DNA of 64,000 nt from Rhodothermales bacterium (GTDB taxonomy: Bacteria > Bacteroidota > Rhodothermia > Rhodothermales > Bin80): assembly GCA_022822185.1 (NCBI GenBank), contig JAJECE010000079.1:547-64546 (forward strand), in the 5' to 3' direction. Below the pieces are notes generated by a model, which saw only the letters and a list, made by a program, of their open reading frames with translations, ran no database searches and had not been told where the DNA came from. Both the position numbers and the translations under genes were made by a program. Below, in pieces: positions 57,649 to 64,000 of the stretch. The first letter of the stretch is position 1; the number at the start of each line of letters is the position of its first letter.

Positions 57649-60600
57649 AGCCGGTTCTCCCGTTTTGCTTTTTCAAAGAACGCCCATGCTTCGCGGTAAT
57701 CTTCTTCGCGGTCGCACTTGTCAAACGGGGCATGGAACTCTATCGTCCGCTCTCTGGGTCCGCCCGGCAGCGTATCATCCATAAACGTATGGGTAACGAT
57801 GCCTTCGGTCATATCTTTGATGTCGTTCCATCCGAGGGGGATGCCTGTTACCGAGCTTGTGGGGGTATGAATTCCGAATGAATTCTTTTTGCCGGATTTG
57901 GTGCGCGGGATGGGGCTTTGTCCGGTTTTCTTGGAGAACACAATACGCCCCCGGGTATCATAGTACGTTTCATTCTCGTAGGATTGCAGGATGGGGAACT
58001 GGATCCGGTAGAGGGTGAGGAGTTCTTCGAGGGTGAGGCCGAGTTCCAGAGCGTGCAGGGTGTCAATTTCGATGAGTGCCTGCCGCCGCGCATAATCGGT
58101 GCGGAGCGGACTGTGCCATGACCAGGGAGACTCCAGTCTGCCAAACCACTCCGCATCCAGCCGCGGATCCTGCCGGGACCAGGGAAGCGGCCTGCGCTGT
58201 GTCATTTCCGGGGTGCAGGCATCCCATAGAGTGCGGTAGTCGGTGGTCAGGCACGAAAGCCCCAGGATCCTTGCAGTGGCCGCCGGGGAAGCGTTTGAGA
58301 ATGGAAGTCCGGCAAAGAAAATTGGATGTAAGTCTGATTTAGTACCGATTTTTACCGCCATATCCGTCACGACCGAGAGAACCGTAAAAAGCATACTGAT
58401 CAGATTTTTCATATTCTTCATGGCTACGCTACCCACCGAATCAATATGTCCTGTTCCCGGCGGAACGAGTGCGGGAATCAACGTCCGTTCACTTCCAGGT
58501 CCCAATCTTTTCCGCATGGCCACCCGGTACTCGTCGGTTACGCGGGTCCCCCAGAGCGTGGTGGGGGTTCTGCGGGTATAGAGTTCCGGGGCACATGCCC
58601 GCACATAGTTGGTTCGCGGGAGGTAGGTTTCGGGGAGCGTGGTCAAATCAATCCTTGAATAATCACTGTTCGTCTTGCATCCTTCGTTCGGGGTCTGAAA
58701 AAATGGGGTTCCGACAAAGATATGCGGTCCGGAGAGGATCCAGCCGGCGGCCTCGTCGGGGAAGCCGGTCTGCCGGCGGATCGTGCCCTTTTTCTGTGCC
58801 CCTGTTTCGTGCCACATTGCGGTCATTTTATAATCCAGATCCCGCATTCGTCGCGGGGCCTGTGCGAGTTTCTGGAGGATGCCGGCCAGCTGCCGCGCGT
58901 GTACGAGGGGGAGCCGGGCCTGGCGGGGCGGGGTTCCGGGGGCATCGTAGAGCAGGGCGTAGGTCTGCAGTTCTTTTTTGGTGACCCGGATCACGCGGTG
59001 CCGGTGTTCGGACAGCTCCCACTGGTTGCCCTTGGTTTTGATTCCCGGCACCGGCCCGAGGCCGTCGTGCTTCAGGGACTTGATGGCGGTCAGCGGTGAA
59101 TATAGGTTCGCCATGGAGATGAAGACAATCTCATCTTTCTTCTGTCCGTAGATATTGATGCTGAATTTAACCCGCGTATCCACCTCTTCAAACAGATGCA
59201 GCACATTTTCAAACTGCAATCGGTAGCGGAGTCGTGGATAGAGAACTTCCCGGAGTGTTTGTCCCCGCGCTTCATCATAGACGGAGTCGGGATGCAGGAG
59301 GCCAACGGCGCCGCGGCTGACGGCCCAGCTGGTGCAGAGGAACGCTTTGTAGAGATTGGTCTGCATCCCTTTGAGGAGCGGATAGTTCTGCATTGCATTG
59401 AGGAAGGAGAGCTGTCCGCCGACGGCTTCATAGGCCGACAAATAATACTCCCGGCGGCCGGGCCGCTCCAGCCATGCGCCCCGGAGTTTGGCCGTTCGGG
59501 ATGCACTCAGTTTCTTGGTGACGAAGCGGGGTTCGGTGTCGCCGATAATATGTTTTTCGATGAAGTCCGGCTTGCGCCAGGGCGGGTTTCCCAGCACCAC
59601 ATCAAAGCCGCCGTGCTGTTTGAACTGATCGGCGTACTCCAGCTGCCAGTGATGAAACCGGTGCTGGCGGGCCAGTTTCTGGACCAACTGCAGCCGCGGC
59701 CGTGCGGCAATGAGGGAGTTTATATCGACAAAGCCCAGTGCATCCCGCTCGGCATCTTCGCTGAAGAGTGCATAGGTTTCGGCGGCGTGTTTGCCGGCCA
59801 GAATCTCGGCGAGATCGCCGAGGTATTCTTCGCGGTGAGGCAGGAGGGGGGCCTGATCGATGGGCCAGTACCAGAGGGCGCACCAGTAGTCCATGACGAG
59901 TTTAAGCCGCTGGTAGGCACTGATATTGCCGTTTTCTGGCGTGAGGATCCGCTGGAAGTGGGCTTGTTTGGTGCGTGTGGAGGAGATGCCGGAGGTAGGC
60001 AGGGCGGCACCGGTCCCTTGCTGCACGGATGGATGGCCGGTTCTGGTGCCTGCTTCGCCCTCCCCATGAGGCCCGTCTTGCACAGGAATTCCGCCTCGCG
60101 CATCCATCCCGCCTTGCGTATCGATCCCACTTTGTGGGTAGATGGGAAAGGGATCGGTGGTGACTTCTTCCAGCCGGATCAGGTCCCGGATATGCTGTTC
60201 CCAGAGACGGTCCACGATGGCGGCGAGCGTGATCAGTTGCTTTGTCTCGACTTCGGTGATCGGCTTTGTGAAGGTTTTCCGCCATGCGGCGATCTGCCGG
60301 ATGGCCTCCCCGGCCAGTTGTCGGACGACTTTGTCTTTGTACATGGCCATTCCGGGATCGCCGACCAGGAAGTGGTAGACCTTGTCTTCGGGGTACGCTT
60401 CCTGCATCCCGGAGATGACGGCCTGCACAAAGGAGTCGCCGCTGCGGGCCTGCTCGTGGAAGGGCAGATCGGCGGGCGGCTTCTCCCACCATTTGCCCTG
60501 CTGCAGCACTTTGCAGGAGTAGACGCGCCGCCAGGCGCCCACGAGCGAGTTGCCGCACTTGAGCTGATTGCCGAACCACGGCACGAACCCGCCTTCGACC

Positions 60601-62525
60601 AGCGTATTGAGCCAGATGGAAATTTCGCCCAGTTCCACGGCGACCGGGTTCAGGTCTACGCCGTAGACATTGTTGTCGGCAAAGTACATTTTGACGCGCT
60701 GCAGTTCGGTCTTCCACCGTTCCGGCGGCAGCACCTCGCCCCGCTCCCGGGTTTTCCGGGTCAGATAGGCTTCGGCGAGCTGCGAGACAGCTTCATTCAG
60801 AAAGGCCGCCGATCCCATGGCGGGCTCGCAGACGGTGATCTGCAGGATCTCGTCCGCGGGCTTGCCCTCCAGGACTTCGTTCAGTGCGAATCGGGTGACG
60901 CACCGGGTCAGGCTTTCGGGCGTGTAGTAGGAGGCGGATTCTTCGCGGGCGCGTCCGGTGAGGCGGTAGATGAAGGTGCCTTTGGGGTGGCTGCGCAGGG
61001 TTCCGTCGGGATTGGTGACCCGCTCGCTCATCTCATAGTGCTTTTCCAGAGCATCCTGATTCACGAAGTAGGCGGCATCCAGCACGTCGGGCGTTGTCTT
61101 TGCGGGCTTGACTTCATACAGGTGTTCGGTCGCAATAAAGCCGCGGTAGCTTAAGAGCGCCTCGTAGACGGCTCCCAGGTGGTTTACACTCAGATGCCGG
61201 TACGAGATGCGTCCGCGCCCCTGCCACTTTCCTTTTTTCTTTTTCTGAAAGTCCTCATGCCCGAGCGACATCATCTGCAGGATCCGCTGCCAGCTCTGGT
61301 TTGTGATCCGGATTGCATTCAGGCGCGGGGTCTTCTCGGGGTCAAAGAGGTCGCACTGCAGGGGGGAGATGGCAAAGGTGTGGACCCCTTCCTGCAGCAC
61401 CTCCTGCTGCGTTCCCTGCTCGTCATAGCCTTCATAGACGAGTTCAAAGAGCATCTTCAGGGACTCATCAAAGAAGCTCCCTTCGGCGCTCCCGTTCTCG
61501 TGGAGCGAGACCAGTTCCAGGTCCCGCAGTTTTTCCAGGCTGTAGCCGCTGCGGTAGGCTTCGGCGTTCATGGGCAGGTACCCCAGTTCTTTCCGCGCTT
61601 CCACATTGAACAGGAAAAGCAGCCGGTACATGTAGTACAGGCATTCCAGCGTCAGTTCGTCCACGAACGCATCCGTATACGGTCCGTGCCAGTTTTTCCG
61701 GGCCCGCATAGACGACAGATACTCATTGCCGAGGATTTCAATGGATTCGCGGAGGGCGTATTTGAGACTGCCGGACACGCCGGTGGCGTGCCGGAGGGCA
61801 TGCTCCTGGAGTTCCTCTTGATAGGAGGGCCCGGTGCCGGGACACAAGGTGGATTTATGGAGGAGCATGGTGAGCAGTTTCCAGGTCTCAATGCGGGGCA
61901 GCTGTTCATAGAGTCCATCCCAGTCAAAGCGCAGCATGCGTCCGGCACCCCATTTGTCCCGCTCCAGAAGCACCCAGGTCTGGAGTCCGGTGAGCAGGAT
62001 CCAGCGGGGCGGGGTCTGGATGGAAAAGGCTTTGGTGATCAGGCGCTGGAAGGATTCGCTTTGTTCCGGTGGAACAAGGGACAGCAGTTCTTCACCGCTG
62101 CCGTCTGCATCTGCTGCTTCGACGATCCACATGTAGGGTTTTTGGAAGGCGTCCAGCTGTGTCAGAACCTGCAGGTGCATGCCGGCATCCAGTTCAATCC
62201 GTTCAGGACTGCGCGGATAGCCCAGCAGATAAAGCAGGCGGCGGGTCCATGTTTGCTGGATGGCCGCCCGCTCCGATGCAGGTGCGCTGCGAAATTGCTC
62301 CCGCGCAGTCAGATAGTCCGTGCCCAGTGCTTTGAGGGGGATCCAGGGCCGGGCCTCCGCCTCTTCGGAGCCCCCGTGTCTAGACACCTCGAATTCCTCC
62401 GCCTTCCAGCGCTTCTCGAAGTCTTTGATGGACTCCGGCAGGATGGCATGCCAGTAATGGTCGGGGTAAAACTCGTTCTGGTTGACGAGTCCGGTGAAGT
62501 TAAATTCCATGAGATGATTCGGCAA
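57645..62525 (-). CDS. Large gamma-class N6-adenine DNA methyltransferase (Eco57I/PglX/DrmMI-like)
   Basis: Motif I ITVCEPAMGSAAFLNEA (60801-60830). YGVDLNPVAVELGEISIWL. FHHWQLEYADQF...GGFDVVLGNPPW (NPPW at 59577-59588). The listed start at 62525 is TTG. An ATG at 62510 (MEFNFTGL) is likelier. Confidence 0.85.
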   Translation of the reverse strand: MPNHLMEFNFTGLVNQNEFYPDHYWHAILPESIKDFEKRWKAEEFEVSRHGGSEEAEARPWIPLKALGTDYLTAREQFRSAPASERAAIQQTWTRRLLYLLGYPRSPERIELDAGMHLQVLTQLDAFQKPYMWIVEAADADGSGEELLSLVPPEQSESFQRLITKAFSIQTPPRWILLTGLQTWVLLERDKWGAGRMLRFDWDGLYEQLPRIETWKLLTMLLHKSTLCPGTGPSYQEELQEHALRHATGVSGSLKYALRESIEILGNEYLSSMRARKNWHGPYTDAFVDELTLECLYYMYRLLFLFNVEARKELGYLPMNAEAYRSGYSLEKLRDLELVSLHENGSAEGSFFDESLKMLFELVYEGYDEQGTQQEVLQEGVHTFAISPLQCDLFDPEKTPRLNAIRITNQSWQRILQMMSLGHEDFQKKKKGKWQGRGRISYRHLSVNHLGAVYEALLSYRGFIATEHLYEVKPAKTTPDVLDAAYFVNQDALEKHYEMSERVTNPDGTLRSHPKGTFIYRLTGRAREESASYYTPESLTRCVTRFALNEVLEGKPADEILQITVCEPAMGSAAFLNEAVSQLAEAYLTRKTRERGEVLPPERWKTELQRVKMYFADNNVYGVDLNPVAVELGEISIWLNTLVEGGFVPWFGNQLKCGNSLVGAWRRVYSCKVLQQGKWWEKPPADLPFHEQARSGDSFVQAVISGMQEAYPEDKVYHFLVGDPGMAMYKDKVVRQLAGEAIRQIAAWRKTFTKPITEVETKQLITLAAIVDRLWEQHIRDLIRLEEVTTDPFPIYPQSGIDTQGGMDARGGIPVQDGPHGEGEAGTRTGHPSVQQGTGAALPTSGISSTRTKQAHFQRILTPENGNISAYQRLKLVMDYWCALWYWPIDQAPLLPHREEYLGDLAEILAGKHAAETYALFSEDAERDALGFVDINSLIAARPRLQLVQKLARQHRFHHWQLEYADQFKQHGGFDVVLGNPPWRKPDFIEKHIIGDTEPRFVTKKLSASRTAKLRGAWLERPGRREYYLSAYEAVGGQLSFLNAMQNYPLLKGMQTNLYKAFLCTSWAVSRGAVGLLHPDSVYDEARGQTLREVLYPRLRYRLQFENVLHLFEEVDTRVKFSINIYGQKKDEIVFISMANLYSPLTAIKSLKHDGLGPVPGIKTKGNQWELSEHRHRVIRVTKKELQTYALLYDAPGTPPRQARLPLVHARQLAGILQKLAQAPRRMRDLDYKMTAMWHETGAQKKGTIRRQTGFPDEAAGWILSGPHIFVGTPFFQTPNEGCKTNSDYSRIDLTTLPETYLPRTNYVRACAPELYTRRTPTTLWGTRVTDEYRVAMRKRLGPGSERTLIPALVPPGTGHIDSVGSVAMKNMKNLISMLFTVLSVVTDMAVKIGTKSDLHPIFFAGLPFSNASPAATARILGLSCLTTDYRTLWDACTPEMTQRRPLPWSRQDPRLDAEWFGRLESPWSWHSPLRTDYARRQALIEIDTLHALELGLTLEELLTLYRIQFPILQSYENETYYDTRGRIVFSKKTGQSPIPRTKSGKKNSFGIHTPTSSVTGIPLGWNDIKDMTEGIVTHTFMDDTLPGGPRERTIEFHAPFDKCDREEDYREAWAFFEKAKRENRL

Positions 62526-64000
62526 TCAGGACGGCAGAGACATGGATGTAGGGCTCCGCTTCCATGGTCATGGAGGTTTGAATCCAAAGCCGGAACTCCT
62601 CAAACCGCCGCCGGATTTTTTCCAGTTCCTTCTGCCTGCGGGAAAACTGCACCTGCGCAATCCCGCGCTCCGGCTGAAAGGTCTCTTCGATGTAGGTCTG
62701 CTGGCGGTGTTCAAGCTCGCGCAGATCCTCCAGGTGCTGATTCAGGGAACGCGTCAGGTCATCCTGGAACCGGGTTCGATCCTGAAGGGCATGCGCTTTT
62801 GCGCGGTCCACGGCATCCGGGACCCGCTGCTGTGCAATCTCCAGCAGATCCGAGGTGTTGTGTCCCTGATTGGGGAGTTTGTCGGAGCGGAGGACCGGGT
62901 GGAGTTCCGAGTCTTCAAACCGGCGGATCTCAAAGGAACCAGGGGGCCCGGATCTACGGCCGGTCATCAGGTACCACCGCTGAAAGACGGTCACGCCCTT
63001 GCGGTTGGGCCAGAGCACGGTAATCAGATAGGAGAACGTGTCCGGGGTCATGGAGGAAAGCCAGATGGCGGGGGCTTCCAGGCGCTTGAAGGACAGGCGG
63101 ATCTTGTCGGTCATCCACTCCGTGAACGGGTGGACAGGCCACAGGAACTGGAGCTCCGGCCAGGTATGCTCAAAGGCGCGGCACCGCGCAATGGATTTCA
63201 TCACGGCCGCTGGATCCGAAGAGAGGACAAAGCGGCTCCCTTTCGGGCGCACCGCGACCGGCAGCTGGTTCACGACACTTTTCAGCACGGTCTGTCCCTG
63301 CTTATTTTGGGGGGCCACAATGATGCGCTGATTTTCGTCCGAGCAGGTGATGTCCAACTGTGCGCCGATCTGTCGGGCCCAGTTCTGCCGGATATAATTC
63401 AGGGCGGCCTTCGAGTAGGCGTAGTCGGTTTCAAAGAGGGAGGGGAGTTCGCCGGTCTCCGACTCTTCAGCGACAATTAGATTTGGGGGAGGATTTAGAA
63501 GGGCGGCAAGCGGATCAAAGTCCGGGTCGTCCTCCGGGTTGCGGCTGCGGGCCGTAAGCCGTTTTTCGGCCTCCTCCACAGTCAACTTCTCCTCCATGGC
63601 CCCGGCGGTGAGTTTTTCCTCTTCCTCAATCTGATAGACCCCCATCAGGGTCGCGGGATCGCCAAGATTCTTTTCCGCCTGCTGTTCTTTCTCAATGAGC
63701 AGTTCCAGGATCCGCGCATCCCCCTTGAATTTTTCATTCCCGCTGTCGGTGATCAGATAGACAATCTGAGGATTGCGCTTCTGTCCATAGCGGTCAATCC
63801 GCCCGTTGCGCTGCTGGAAGCGCATCAAAGACCACGGAATATCAAAGTGGATCAGCCGGCGGCAGTGATAGTGCAGGTTAATCCCCTCGGAGCCGACATC
63901 CGTGGAGATCAGAAGGCGCACCGGAGACTGATCCTGTCCGAACCGGTCCACGACCTCCTGCTGCTGCACATCGGAGAGCGTGCCGTGGAGAATGTCCACG
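62500..64000 (-). CDS. SNF2-family helicase, C-terminal part (5' end lies beyond the window)
   Basis: The reading frame is open to the window edge. Helicase motif V LISTDVGSEGINL and motif VI QQRNGRIDRYGQ, followed by a ~400-aa C-terminal extension. Confidence 0.8.
   Translation of the reverse strand, partial: VDILHGTLSDVQQQEVVDRFGQDQSPVRLLISTDVGSEGINLHYHCRRLIHFDIPWSLMRFQQRNGRIDRYGQKRNPQIVYLITDSGNEKFKGDARILELLIEKEQQAEKNLGDPATLMGVYQIEEEEKLTAGAMEEKLTVEEAEKRLTARSRNPEDDPDFDPLAALLNPPPNLIVAEESETGELPSLFETDYAYSKAALNYIRQNWARQIGAQLDITCSDENQRIIVAPQNKQGQTVLKSVVNQLPVAVRPKGSRFVLSSDPAAVMKSIARCRAFEHTWPELQFLWPVHPFTEWMTDKIRLSFKRLEAPAIWLSSMTPDTFSYLITVLWPNRKGVTVFQRWYLMTGRRSGPPGSFEIRRFEDSELHPVLRSDKLPNQGHNTSDLLEIAQQRVPDAVDRAKAHALQDRTRFQDDLTRSLNQHLEDLRELEHRQQTYIEETFQPERGIAQVQFSRRQKELEKIRRRFEEFRLWIQTSMTMEAEPYIHVSAVLIAESSHGI

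Noticed and set aside
59196-63023. Two very long + strand ORFs (59196-61154, 652 aa; 61179-63023, 614 aa) antisense to the methyltransferase and SNF2 genes
   Set aside because: Their translations are low-complexity and G/P/R/A-rich with no motifs. They lie exactly in the GC-rich block, where stop codons are rare in all frames. The opposite strand carries unambiguous MTase and helicase motifs. They are shadow ORFs.

Overview
The window splits into two parts. Positions 1-36.7 kb look like ordinary core chromosome of a Gram-negative bacterium. The lineage may be FCB-group/Bacteroidota-Rhodothermota-like, but this is a weak inference from gene content. This core part carries: a carotenoid operon (CrtI-family desaturase, a fused polyprenyl-synthase/phytoene-synthase, a CruF-like membrane protein); an NCS2 permease; two tandem orphan solute-binding lipoproteins; coaD and rsmD; an SDR; an outer-membrane protein; EcsC; a sulfatase; clpX; tamA/tamB-like genes; mlaEFD; tgt; ispH; two lipoproteins; and an M20 peptidase. 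The core part is interrupted by a decayed group II intron 3' remnant associated with a small palindromic TIR/TSD-bounded repeat family (10.6-11.5 kb). It is also interrupted by a small AT-rich islet between tgt and ispH that encodes a TM/coiled-coil protein. A tRNA-Leu(CAA) at 36710-36794 marks the switch to at least 27 kb of accessory DNA. This accessory region holds a stand-alone carrier protein plus an alpha/beta hydrolase, three tandem giant ankyrin-repeat proteins, a GHKL (MORC/paraMORC-like) ATPase, and a DUF1640-like coiled-coil protein. The most interesting feature is a four-gene, translationally coupled minus-strand operon at 49.4->64 kb. It encodes an SNF2 helicase, a 1626-aa N6-adenine methyltransferase, a 2058-aa DEAD-helicase/DUF1998/Vsr-like-nuclease fusion, and a RelE-like/UvrD-like helicase. 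The operon resembles class 1 DISARM in parts and order but differs in architecture and runs off the window. All functional calls rest on motifs read by eye from the supplied translations. No database search was run.
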